From NCBI RefSeq assembly GCF_963853765.1, contig NC_088860.1, forward strand, positions 38,750,001-38,814,000: 64,000 nt of DNA, written 5' to 3'. Positions 9,546-22,498 of the stretch are shown here, piece after piece. Under the pieces are notes generated by a model that was given only the letters and a program-made list of their open reading frames with translations, was not told the origin of the DNA and did no database searches. This DNA is from Magallana gigas (Eukaryota). Made by a program: the position numbers and the translations under genes. The stretch's first letter is position 1. Every line of letters begins with the position of its first letter.

Positions 9546-12500
9546 CTGATTAAGAATGTTTTATCCGTTGGCACGCGTCCATTTTGGCCTATCAGAGATC
9601 GCAGATCTAGTCGAGTGGTAAAATCTTTCCGTAGCTTCCTGTAAGAATAATTATGTACATATTTAGTAAATACAGGCCGTTGAAACTCACTTGAAATCTG
9701 TCTGTCTTATTGGTCTGATTGGCGACTCTAATTGAATTCATGAATGATATATCATACGATAGAACCGCTAATATCAGCTTTTTGTGTGTCGATAACATAG
9801 GACTGGGTCATCAATCAGCGAACAGTGTATGCAATGATATATAGTCAGCGGGGATAAGAAATATCTCTTTCAAGTTTGATAACTCCAAAAAAAAATTGAC
9901 AATGAGAGTTGTATTTTTATGGGTAATAAAGACTAAAATTTTGTTTATATTCTCATTGTTGTATGAATTTTGTGTAAATCCATTACAAAGATAAAAAAAA
10001 CTGAAATAAACAATTCTTTGTATCCTTAAATCAAATTAAATTTATGACAAACTTTCAGTTTCACAAAAAAATTATGTAAAATTTGTCAAACATGTTAAAT
10101 TGCAACTTAAATCTAGTTTTCCGACAAAAGTTGTGCAAAAACTACAATAAAAAATATAAGATATTGATCAGTGGACATTTTAAAAACAAAATATTTTGAA
10201 GAAGTACAGAGTAAAGTTTACTCGCTCAAAGAATAATCGTAGTTTGTTTATTTGAACATCTGTAGAAACATCAGTGTTCTTGGGGGACCAATATTCATGG
10301 CTTTCTTGCACACGAATTTACATCCAAATTATTGCTCATATTATTGTGAGCTTTGAAGTACAGAAAAAACCATGCCGTTGAAAGGGCTTATAACATGTAT
10401 CATACGCTAACACATCATCGATATCATTTTGTTTAACATATGCAATGCAATGACATCTTTACCATATTATTTCCCTTCTGTTTAGAAAGCATTATCAATA
10501 CCTACATGATTATGAAGCAAAAACACCCCTTTGAAAAATCATTCTTATCATTTTGTTTAACATATTGAAAACATATCAACTTAACCATTTTATTTCTATT
10601 TTATTCGGAAAGCTAAACTAATGCATACATAATTCTGAACCTTGAATTGCGGTAAAAATATATAACTGAAACGACCTACTACTACTCGATAAATGAAACA
10701 TTCCAATTTTTTTGTCGACACACGCAAAGCAATAACTACCAGATCATCTTATATCTCTTCTTTTCAGAAAGAAAGCATAACCAAAGCCTAGGTAATCATG
10801 AACATTGAAATACAGTAAAAAAACATACCGTTAAAATGACCTAGTCCTATCAAATGACGCAACAATGTTTCTATCCCGTTTTTTAAAGTCGCATAAGGTA
10901 AAATAAATTGCAACGTGTGACAGTTGGAGTTAATAATAAAATATGTCATCCCTAATGCACTTTGTTATAAAATAATACAAGGATATTTATTTGTATGCAA
11001 GGTTTCTTTTTCTATTTTTATAAAAGAGGAATTTCGTGCCCTATGCTCTTTACCTGTTGAAACCCAAGACCTACATGAATGTGTGTTTAAATGGTGCACT
11101 CTTTCTGAAAAAGGGTACACGCATTCAAAAAACGACTTCTTAATTCTAATTAAACATAACAAGATAAAAAAAAAAAAGCTTAAAAGGTGCATGATTAAAA
11201 TTTAAATTAGAAAAATTAAACAAATCAAATTATGACAGGTTAACATACTGTTATGGCGCCTTTTGATAGAAAAACGAGACTTCATGGGTCTAAAAAGGGA
11301 TATGATCATATAAGATCTTATACAAATGGCGACTTATTTTTCCCTGAAAAAGTCGGTTTTACCTGATTAAAATATTTTAGTTGGTCTTAGATATGGAGAA
11401 GATATGCATTATTAAAAGCATTCAAAAGCAAGTAGGTGTTGTACTATTGAACACAGAAAACAAGATCTAATTAACAATTGGTTCTTTAAATTGTTTGAAA
11501 ACTATTGTTATAGGCGCTTTATGATAGCCTATTAAATAAACATGAGGCTCTGTCCGCGAATAATTTTGATCAGCTTTAAGAAAGTTGACAATTCAATGCA
11601 TTTTTGCAGAATTTTGAAAAAGTACTTTTGTTTAATATAATTATAATTATGCTCCATTTTTTCAGTGCTTTTGCATAAATTTATATATACATGTACATGT
11701 TTGAATGTTAAAAAGGAAATGGTTTACACTTTAGGGGATCAAATACATATTAATTCTTTAACAATTAATGATTTTTTGTGTAATAGTTAAAAAAAAAACT
11801 TCATAGCATAAATATTAATCTGAAATATGATTGGCTATGAAAACGAGATATTAAGGAGGCTGAATAGTTACCAAAATAACCATCAGATCTACATTAAGGT
11901 CAATATCTAGTAAATGAAAGGTGCCTTCAGGTTTATAAGTTTTAAGATGTAAACTCTTCCAATGATGCTCCAAAACAATAGCTTTGTCTGATAGGGTGTA
12001 CCGGGGCTAAAAGTTTTTGTAAACACAACGAAAAATCTTGTTTTAAACTGTCATTTTCAATGCAATATGAAAGAAATAAGGAACAAATCGCGGAGTGTTG
12101 TCCATTTTTGACTAATAAAATATATCTAAAATGCCTAGTCTCTCCAAATGATGTCAAATTAAATATAGGTATCAGGATTACTTTTCCCATAATTTAATAT
12201 AGAATGTCAAGGAAGTGTTTACTTTTCTAACTAATTTCTTTAACGCCTTAAAGTACGGGAAAACGATTCTTCAAATTAATTATGACGTCATAATGTTTCT
12301 AGCACCAAAAATACTTTCAGGAATCATTAACTAGATCTTGGCGTTAAATATTAAGAAATGATGATTTAAGCCATACACCTTTGTAAAGAAAAATTCTATA
12401 GATATTAGCTTTGAAATTTGAGTAACTCTTTTTTTATATCTTTATATAGTGCTCTTCTTAAAGAGATCAATTAGGACTTAAAATGACCGCCACCATCGGA

Positions 12501-12860
12501 CCCCTAAAGGTGTATTCAAATTTGCAATGTTTTAAATGTTGAGATTCTAGATGTATCTGGTTTTATTTGCCTGAATGACAAGTGTATACCATATGAAATT
12601 GTCTTAATAAACTCAATAATGCATAAACAAACCTCACCTGATTAAATGTTGCATAATGAAGAAATGCACAATATATGCAAATTGAGTTGCGTAGAAACTG
12701 CACCATATTTTGAATAATTCAATTAAAGTGCTCACCTGAGAAATCATGTAAATTTCTAACATGAAAGAAAAACTATGATAAGATATGCCCTTGATATATT
12801 TTTTTCCGACAGCTCTTATAATGCGCTGCATATATAAAACAATATTATTTTTGAACTTAC
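9546..12860 (-). other. Putative leader intron of TLR-A
   Basis: Acceptor CATTCTTAATCAG| at 9546 (177 nt upstream of the ATG; alternative at 9639), donor TAG|GTAAGT at 12861/12860, TATATAAATATA at about 12914-12925. Other CAG|GTGAG donors occur near 12637 and 12735. Confidence 0.38.
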
Positions 12861-15742
12861 CTAGCTCCGATGCAAGATTGTATCACTTGTAAGTTTTCTT
12901 GGGAAATATTGTCTATATTTATATAGGAACCGTATATCTGGTGCTAGAAAGATTATTGGATAATTAAATGCATTTAAAGTGTTCAATTCCGGCTGGGGAA
13001 AATAAGTACCTGATTCGTTGGCCTCGCCCCCAACAAATCCCTGCTTTTGGTTTTTGACTTTGTAATATGTACCTTTGTTTACTTACTTAGTAAGAATGAC
13101 GTCACAGCAATAATACCACCTAATAAAATGCTTTTCTTTGCCCATAATAGATTTGCATAGAATTGTTGAGCAATTAATGTGATATATATTCTATCAATTA
13201 AGGCTAATGTGTAAATGAGACCTATTACAAGGTATATGTATGAATAAGTCAAAGGGACTTTAACAGTGTTCCTTAGATCAAACACGCATGTTAAACAAAA
13301 AGCAAGTCATAAATCTTCCATTCTACGTCACTGTCCTCTGTACATCTACCGTTTCAGATGTTATTGTTCTCCCATTATTTGTCGATTTGGATCGGCAGAT
13401 ATAATTGTCAAACCAGAAATTGTAATGACCATTTTGATTTTACTAAGTTTCTTTCTAGCTCCGTTTTTTCACGAATACATTTGCAAAAAAAAAATGTTTT
13501 ATGACAAAGATATGAAAACAGAATGCTCTTCATGCAAAAATGTTTTCTGTATTTTATGATTTGCACGTTCTTTCCATTAACTTAATTGTTTTGTATAGAA
13601 GCACACTAGTTACACTTTAAAAACTAATTTCCTAGAAAGATTTGGTAGCAGGACATTATGCAAAGCGTGGGCTTGTGAAATGTGCACTGTGCTAATATCC
13701 CTCTTAAGAAAGATCTAGACAAGCAAGGAAAATGTCGTCTTAATCCGAACCCCTTACTTAGATTTTTATGATTAAGATTTTAACTTCAAAGTGTAAATTC
13801 GTGATATGTTGAATTTCCTATTCACATTTTTTAAAAGGATATAATGCGAAAGTAAAATTGCATTTTAGAAAGAAGCCAGTTACCAGCAGCATGCAAAGAC
13901 CATGAAAAAATAATTTGGTACAGCCGCCTTGGAAATCAAAATCAAGTCAGTTTGTTGAAATTTTGAAAAATTATTCGAAACCTTATAGTTATTTTTTCTT
14001 TTAATTTGAAGTAAATAACACAATCCTGTTAAAAGTTAAATGATATTTATTCTTAATGAAAAAGAACTCTACAAATGGTAAATTTTATACAGATGTGCAT
14101 CCAGCAATTTTTCTTTTCAATAATGCATGAACGATAACCTTTTAGAATAAATTTAATTTTTGACTTTTGTTGATAACATATTCGGATAAATGTAAATTTT
14201 TATGCATGTGTCCTCTTTTAATGCGTCTTATTCGAAACTATTTTTTTCAGGATTTTTTGAAAATTCATCAATCATTTTCTTAAGTCGGAAGCAACACGGA
14301 TTTATGTCAACGGAACAACTCGAAACCTTGTCAAAAATTCGACATACTTCTGACCCCAACGTGAGCCCTACAGTCATCTTATTTGAATTGATGATTTTTC
14401 CATTCATGTTTTTTGTGGTTTGAGTGACTTTTCCTCACTTCCATCCAATCACATATCTAAGTGAAATCCTAGTCCTTCAAAATTGATCGCTAACACGTGT
14501 TCTATCTCAAACGGTATGTATTCACTTGGGTTACGACATCTCTATGTAAGGGCGTACATGCATTGGACAGTTGTAAAATGTATGACTGTATATCATTGAA
14601 TATTCTAAAAGGATGGAGAATCATGTTTCATATGACATTTGCTTCGACAAAATGTATGACATTTTAAAAAATGTACTTTTATTTTATGCTCATTTTTGCT
14701 ATCGATGATACAAGTATGTAACAATTTAAAAAGATGTGCAATAATGAGAGTTCTTGTTGGTTTGTTAATTATGATGAACAAGAAAATGATGTTGAAGGTG
14801 ATAAAAATCTAGAAAATTTGCCATTTTATTTTAATAATTGAAGAATTTTCTTGATATGATAATGTAAGAAGTGGCTCCAAGTAAATTAGCAAGAACGTGA
14901 ATTTCGGAATTTTTGTTTAAATTTTGCAGGTTATTCATCTTTTATATATGTACTCTCATAAAATCCCTTTCTTACTCGATAATGGGCATATACAACATTT
15001 TTTATAGTACGGGTACAGTGTCAACATTTAATTCTCATAGACCTTAAGTTCTGCCGGACCTTTGAAAGCCTTTATAACATGATTGCGCTTAGAGAGATAA
15101 TTTGATGTTTTCTCCTTTAGCTTGCCAATGTATTCTGTCGAAATCTATCTATATGTATAAACAGAAAAAAAAATCCATTAATGGCTCAAATATAACTTCC
15201 AAAAAATACAAGTCGAGTGGTCATTCTCCTTCATAAACTTATCTTGTTTACTAAATTGTTGTGAACTCGCATAACCTTCATAATGTTACTCTGTTCCATT
15301 CGTGTCACGTGCCATTGATTTCAATTAGCGTGCTCGAAGTGCCTTTATATGCCATTTACTTTATTTATAAATACATCATATGTAAGTTGTATATTCAACG
15401 TATTTTTGTCTGATGGTAAGTTTCCTTAAGCTGTTGAGGAATTGCAATAAACGAAGTCACGTGTTTTGTTAATGTGTCTTTTCCGATCTGCTTAATTTCT
15501 TCTTATACATATCGTCTAATGTATCAAGATTCACCCATTCTACTCATATTTATTCGTTAAGGACAGGGTTACGAAATGGTTGAGGAATCCTTTCTATTTT
15601 TCCATTTTTTATGATTACAATTTTTGATATATAGGTATTTGTAATGGTGAGCCTGAATTTTAACTTTTAAAAGAGACACAGTTTACTTTCCATTGCTACG
15701 CAAAAAGATTTCATGACATGTATTTATTATACAGATTGTATT

Positions 15743-15866
15743 TAAGGAATAAGGAATCCTTTTTTTAGTATTATGAGGTGATAATTTCGGTCTAGACGTG
15801 GTCCAATCCAATAAACCCGAAGGTCTTTCTGATAGATTTGACCACACCCCGACCAAATTTATTACA
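15743..15866. repeat. Second, diverged and truncated copy of the GAA-loop palindrome family
   Basis: AAGGAATAAGGAATC...TATTATGAGGTGATAATTTCGGTC...CCAATAAACCCGAAGGTCTTT...GATAGATTTGA. Confidence 0.75.
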
Positions 15867-18399
15867 TATTTTTTTTTATATTATTTCCAATTTCTTCACT
15901 TTAATATAACATGTTATTACCATTTTTTTTTTCATGCAGCATATGCTGTGTACTAATACTACGCGACGCAGTTTATACCATTTTTCGGTTTTGCTATACG
16001 ACACGCCTATTTTGTGTCGCTCATCTTTCATGAAATTAATGGGTTATAGGCTTCAAAATTGATTCGTATAGTTATCACAGACTAAGACAGTTGAAAATGT
16101 AAATAAATACTGTTAAAAGAATGATTTTTGCTTACATTGTTTCTAGCTATAAGATTATTCTGACCATAATTTCACATTTTCTAATGTTGTCACTACTGAT
16201 TTTGTTTTGAACAACGTATTTTCTATTTATAAACGTGATTGTAAACAAAAACAAGGCACTGGCATTGTTCATATAATAAAGAATGGTTACCTCTACCCTC
16301 TACGCTTATAACTTGACAACTGACTTTAATACGAAAACGTATTGGAGCATTGTCAATATAAAGATTAGAAAAGTAAAATTGTGACCATGACCCCTTAAAG
16401 ATTATGTTTGAATAGATTAACAAGGTTTTAAACCAGAGAAAAAAATACAAATTAATACGTGCAATGAATCGTTTTTAATTTGTAAGTTTAATACTTTTCA
16501 TTTTCATTGATTGATAATTTTTGATTCCAATGGATTGGACACCAGTATATCGCAGGTTAACCACCAGTGTAAGCCAGTACTAAATGAAACTCGATTGACT
16601 GAAACAATGTTGAACAAGTATTCCTTTTGAATGAATGATCGGCATGTTATATCATTGGTCAGCTGCTGTGAGTGTAAGCGAATGCATTAAGGCACATGCA
16701 AGAAACATGATAGATAAGTATAAAATACCAATTTGTTTATTTCCGAAATATCAATTGACAACAGTTACTTTGTTCATTTTTACACTATCATTAATAACTA
16801 TTTTTATTGTTTTACAATCTACCATAGGAAAGAAATTTTGTTCACTCCTCAACATTTGTAAGCAAGTTTGCACTTTTCTATGAAAATAATCTTCTATGCA
16901 CATTTGCATTAATCCTTTTGAATAAATTAAAGAAAACCCTTCCCAGATGAATTGTTGCCGATAAAAAATTTTGAACAGGTGGGCGTGTATGACAAACAGC
17001 TTTTTAAAGTTTAATTTGCATGGAATTGTTGGTAGATACATCAGTTTGTTTTACTTCAAGCATTTCCTTCTGTTTGATAAAATTACACTTTAAAAATAAA
17101 TTATTGCGATTTGGTCGTAAAACATGCAACCATCCAAGCATTATTGCGTGCAAAGGAAGAGCTGCATTGTAATTTTTTGTTCGTTTCGAAGTTTGAATAA
17201 AACACATGAAATATTAGTGAGTATATATGATAACTAACGTTGTATTAATTTTGATCATTTTGTCGTGGTAGATCAAATTAAAAGAATATTTCTTTTCTGG
17301 AATTGTTGTTTATGAAAGATTTCTGGAGTTTATCAGATTCACCAGTGCCTTCAATGGACAGCAACGTCATAAACAACAACTCCAGGAAGCTTTTAGTTTT
17401 AAATATAAAAGTAAGTATATTCAATCCGTTTTATGGACAAGCAATTTAAATCTAGTTTAACATAGCTAGCGGGAGTTAAATTTCCAACATGATGCATTGC
17501 TGAGAAATTCTTTGTAGTAATCTATCTGTACAATATGCAGTGCTTAAAAAGGAATGCGAACCTATCTATTATAATAAAATATATATTTCAAGCTTAAATA
17601 TAGGTTTAGCAAACATATTTCCTTTCTTTAAAATCAAAAGTACATATTGCTGTGTGAGTATGTCAATTTCAATGTTAAATTATTTCAGAAATTTCAACCA
17701 ATCTTCCCTGTGCAGGTTTTTCAAATTTGCCTCACCACAATATTGTGTCTGTTTAAGTTTATAAAATCAGCTCGAAACTCAAATTGTATAATGAAATTCA
17801 CTTAATTGTCACTTTGGAAAGTGTTTCACTAAACGACAATTGTCTTTAATATTTCAATAACATACATATAGCTCTGCTGTCAAAGAAACCCACTCGAGTG
17901 AAAGAAGAGTAGTTTGTTCTAGGTCGAAATTCTTTTATTTGCAAGAGCTTCGTCTTTCATCATACATCTTACCTTATTTCTGTCAAATGGGGGATCTCAT
18001 GCAGTCATGTAACTAATTGTCTGTCTTTGCAAACTGGAAAATAATACATACTGAAATCCAAGTTAAATATACACATATTTTTTTAAAGAATACTTATCCT
18101 GTACCTTTTTTTTTTTATCAAAAACTTTGCCTTTAGTCAAGCAATAAAAATGACTGTATAAACTGACAATAAGCATCTTGAAGTACATAGAAGTATTTTG
18201 AAGTACAGCATTGCATTAATAAGATAAGAATTTTATCATCGGAATTTTCACGATATAGTAAAAGTTTCGTATTTAAACCGCATCTGTTTATTTAGAGGGG
18301 TTGTCAAATACTACCTGCATTGAATGGATGACATTCTCGTGTATGCAAATTAAGTTTAACAATTATCCATTAAATACAACAAATGTATAACTTTATACA

Positions 18400-18767
18400 T
18401 GTTCATGGTACACTGTCTGTTTTCCAGTCAAGTGAACCGAACAGATTTTCTTTGTTACCCAACACAACTTCTTTCTCTGTTTGTAACTTTTCCTTGTCCT
18501 GTTTGTTTTATCTAAGTAGACAAAAAAAAAAGCTTGAAAAAAGAAAGGAAAAAAGAACTTTTACTGGTATATTGAACCAATGTAAATAAAAACATTTCAC
18601 AAGCCTTCTTTGCAAACATGTAACAAAGAATTGTAAGCTCTGATTCTTGCTTATAAATCTATGACTGACACTTAAACTGGTTTATTATTTGAAATGCATT
18701 ACTGAAGCATTATAAACTATAAAATTAGAAAAATATATTTTGACTAAAATTGCTAATGCCCCTTTAA
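18400..18767 (+). mobile_element. Diverged right-end fragment of the same TTAA/Kolobok-like family
   Basis: TTTTACTGGTATATTGAAC...GAAATGCATTACT...ATGCCCCT-TTAA, matching 4940-5150. Confidence 0.6.
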
Positions 18768-18884
18768 AACGGCTCCCCCAAAGATGGACAAACAACTTTG
18801 TTTTTCTTTCATAGACCTGTTCAATGTTCGTAATTAGTGGCGTTTACTTTTGTTGTACTTTCGACATGTAGATTATGATGTTGA

Positions 18885-18917
18885 TGTTGACGACGACGAC
18901 GATGATGATGATGATGA
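18885..18917. repeat. Compound (GAC)n(GAT)n microsatellite
   Basis: Direct reading. Confidence 0.85.
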
Positions 18918-19020
18918 TAAGATGTATTATTCATGAATGTTTTTACCAAATCAAGCAAACTGCATTTTACATTGAGTTATCTTTCTTTGACTTGAATTAG
19001 GATAACGTCTCTCTTTAAAT

Positions 19021-20470
19021 TTATTAAGGTATTCCGTTTCCAACGGAAGACCGTCTTGTTTTCGTTCTGTTTCTTTTTCTTCGCTATTTTTCTTTTTTTC
19101 CAACAAATTTTGAGCACGCGATTTCTCAAAAACGACTCAACCGATTTTCAATAAACTTTCAGATATGATAGATACTGATCTAAACTTTATAGTTAATCTT
19201 TTTTTATTTTGGATGACGTAAATTCCGTTTTTGAGATATTGACGTTTTAGCGATTTTCAGAGGGTCGGCTTGTCCTTGGATCTTCTCCTTAACGATTGAA
19301 GATATTGAGTTCAAACATTCAGGGATTGTAGTCGAACAATTGTAGATGTATCTTTAGGCATTCATTGTTGTCTGACTCAAAAGGCGCTGATGCTCGCCTG
19401 GACCGGAAATTTGAGATTTAAAAAACGTCATTTTTTTCGGGTTTTCTTTGTTTATCTCTTTTTGAAAAATATTTTGTTAAGACATGTAACGTAAAAATGT
19501 TTATTTTTAGTAGACATTCCATTTAACATCAAGAGAAAGAGATTGGCCCCTAAATTCAGGGGACCAAAGGGCTCTACAATTTTTTAACCAATAGTTCTTT
19601 ACTGAAAGATATTTTGTGAAATGTTATAGAAGCAAATATGTTTATCTTACATTTATGTATCCAAGCAATGCAATGATTTTATAATGTGTTACGTAATTAA
19701 GGGTTTTCAGAGGCCAACAGTCTAAAATTTCGATCACTCATAACTCAGAAAGAAAAAATATTTTGAAATGCAGAAAAGTTGTTTAAAATGATGTTCTTAG
19801 CAATATGAAACCTTCAAAATCTCGCTAAATGACCCCTAAAAGGAGATAAGGGACCGGCCCTTAAAAGCTTCTTTGTCATATATCTACAGAACGGTAACAA
19901 ATTTCTAAACACTAGTTGAACAAAATGTGTTTAGAATTAAATGTCCGTTTATTTATTATCAAGAAAAAGGGGCTGACCCCTAAAATTTGGGAACCAAAGT
20001 GCCATAAAGTTTTTTATCTTTAGCCCTTTACTGAGGGATATTTTGTGAAAGGTTATAAACGTAAATATGTTAATTTTAGAGTTATGTACCCAAGCAATGG
20101 AATGATTTTATCATGTGTTATGTAATCAGGGGTTTTTAGGGGCCAAAAGTCAAAAATTTGATAACCCATATCTCAGAAAGGAAAAATATTATGAAATGCA
20201 GCAAAGAATAAAAATTGTTCAGAATGATGTTCTTAACAATATGTAACCTTCAAAATTCGTAAAACGGCCCCTATAAGGAGATAAGGGATCGACCCCTAAA
20301 ACGTTCTTTCCCATATCGCTCGAGAACGGTTAACGACTTTCTAAACATTTGTTGACAAAATGTGTTCAGAAGTAAATGACCTTTCATTTGATTTCAAGAA
20401 TAAGGGCCCTTAAATCAAGGGACCAAAGGGTTCTTAAGTCATTTATCTATAGCCCTTTACTGAAAGCTGT
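19021..20470 (+). mobile_element. Helentron/HINE-like non-autonomous element with an internal tandem array of about 430-435 bp units
   Basis: Terminal stem-loop AAGGTATTCCGT-TTCCA-ACGGAAGACCGT (19026-19054), then a pyrimidine-rich microsatellite-like tract, then about 2.2 diverged units (anchors CCAAGCAATG 19661/20090 and GGAGATAAGGGA 19842/20277). Confidence 0.6.
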
Positions 20471-20526
20471 TTTGTGAACGAGGTTGTGTCTAGTTTTTTC
20501 TATAATTTATCTATTTATCTATATAT

Positions 20527-20530
<4 letters not shown>

Positions 20531-20588
<58 letters not shown>
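20531..20588. repeat. (AG)29 microsatellite
   Basis: Direct reading. Confidence 0.97.
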
Positions 20589-20593
<5 letters not shown>

Positions 20594-20947
20594 TTGATTA
20601 TTTATAAAAAAAACTCTGCAATAGGAAATAAATATGGAAATTTAATAAAGATGCAAAAATGATTCTGAGTTTAAATCAATCACAACTCAACTGCTTTGAC
20701 TTTGATTTTTTGCGAGAACGTTTCAACGTATTTTACTTATTACATCATATTAAAACTCTTTTAATGATATCTGGTACCCCTATAAATATGCTGCGAACCT
20801 GTTTTGCCAAAGCAATTCGGGTCCGTTGTACTAAAAACAATTTATTCTGCACTGCAACTGTGATTAATCCAAATTATTCATAGCCAATGTATTCTCATAT
20901 TTTAATTCATAATCTACCCATCCATATATAAATCTATTCCTCCAACG

Positions 20948-21000
<53 letters not shown>
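20948..21000. repeat. (CTAT)13 microsatellite
   Basis: Direct reading. Confidence 0.97.
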
Positions 21001-21001
<1 letters not shown>

Positions 21002-22498
21002 CTTTCATGTCATCTCTATTTGACAACACACTGAAAACACAAAAATGTTTCACACCTGTTAAATATAAAACTAAATTAAAATGATATGAGCAACTATGTT
21101 AAATTTATTTTTTGAAAATTATTATTAAATCCTTGTAAAGGTGTGATTATATAATAAATGAAAGGACAAAACCAGACAATATTGTTCTGCACTGCTGCCT
21201 CATAAACCTAAATTAAATGGAGTGTCATTAATATGTGACAAAGTTTCTGAAGGTAAATATTCTGTGCATTTATAATGCTTTTTGTCTTTTACAATGCAGT
21301 ATATTTCGATATTATTATTTTTTCAAATGATGAAAGCTTCAATTACATGCCACGTTATTCCGAAACAGAAATTGATTTTGTTAATTGAACAATTACACAA
21401 CTTTACAAATCAAAACAGTAACGGTAACTCAGTCATTATAAAATATATTGAAAATAGGAATGCTAATAAAAATCAACCACGAATATTGCCCTGATCATTA
21501 CATTGAAATATCAGACAGCTAAAGAACATTGTATGTCAATTTTATAGAACAGATTTCCTTTCTATTTAAGTTCAAAAGCATTCCATGCATTCGCTTATGT
21601 AAATGAATGAATTAAAAGTTTTTGAACATAATGTATTCACAACTAAATATTATATAAAATAACAATTTGTTTTTCAATCATCTTTTTAATTTTTTCAATC
21701 ATATATCTTTAATATTCTCTCGACCTTTGTATAAATTCATTAAATCGATATTTGCTTCGAATTCCGTTCAAAATTTAATGTCTTGGTGCATATACTATAT
21801 AGAACTTATGGCTATGAGCGAAGCAATATTAAGGCAATGGTAAGCTAACGGACATATAACAGTCAGTATGGATTAAAAAATTTCACGTTTTATACCAAAG
21901 TCCAAACAAAACAAGAGAATTATTTTTTTATTTTTTTTTATCATGCAACATAATTTTACAAATTTTAGTCTTACAACGAAAATGAGCTATTTTCATAAAA
22001 GTAGTTTTGCCATTAAAACCATGACGCCAGAGCATCAGAATGCAATTAAACGTCGTATTAATACACGAGGAGACTACACTTCAGCATTGACCGAGTATAA
22101 GTTCGGTTAATTTGGATGGCATTTACATAATCAACCTAAGGAGTATTTGAATAACTTATAAATGAAAATTATCATTTGATTAAGTATGATTTATCGCACA
22201 GATTTCATAATTCTGACAAAATACACATTTTCTCTACAAATGCATGTATATAATCTTCTCAAATCTTGTTCACCCTCTTAAAAGTTCACAGAGAAGCTAA
22301 ATTACTGGATCTGTTGTCGTATCATCCTCCCCGAAATAAAAGAATTCTTGGTTCATTATCACAGAGAAAACTTTGAATGGACCTAGAATGCATGCAGAGA
22401 TCTTTAAAAAATTATACAAAAATAAAATAATAATTTATTATAACAATTATTTGTCAGACATGAACGTACAGATATTGTATTTACGGTTATGAGCTTAT

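Noticed and set aside
17349-17365. 17-bp exact match CTTCAATGGACAGCAAC shared with 42011-42027
   Set aside because: The flanks do not extend the match. A few matches of this length are expected by chance in 64 kb of AT-rich DNA.
13000-22400. Search for a fifth, degenerate TLR or the missing TM-TIR of gene A in the A-B interval and in 1-7289
   Set aside because: No LRR, CxC or RDFxPG-like remnants were recognised by eye; a TBLASTN would be needed to exclude highly decayed fragments.
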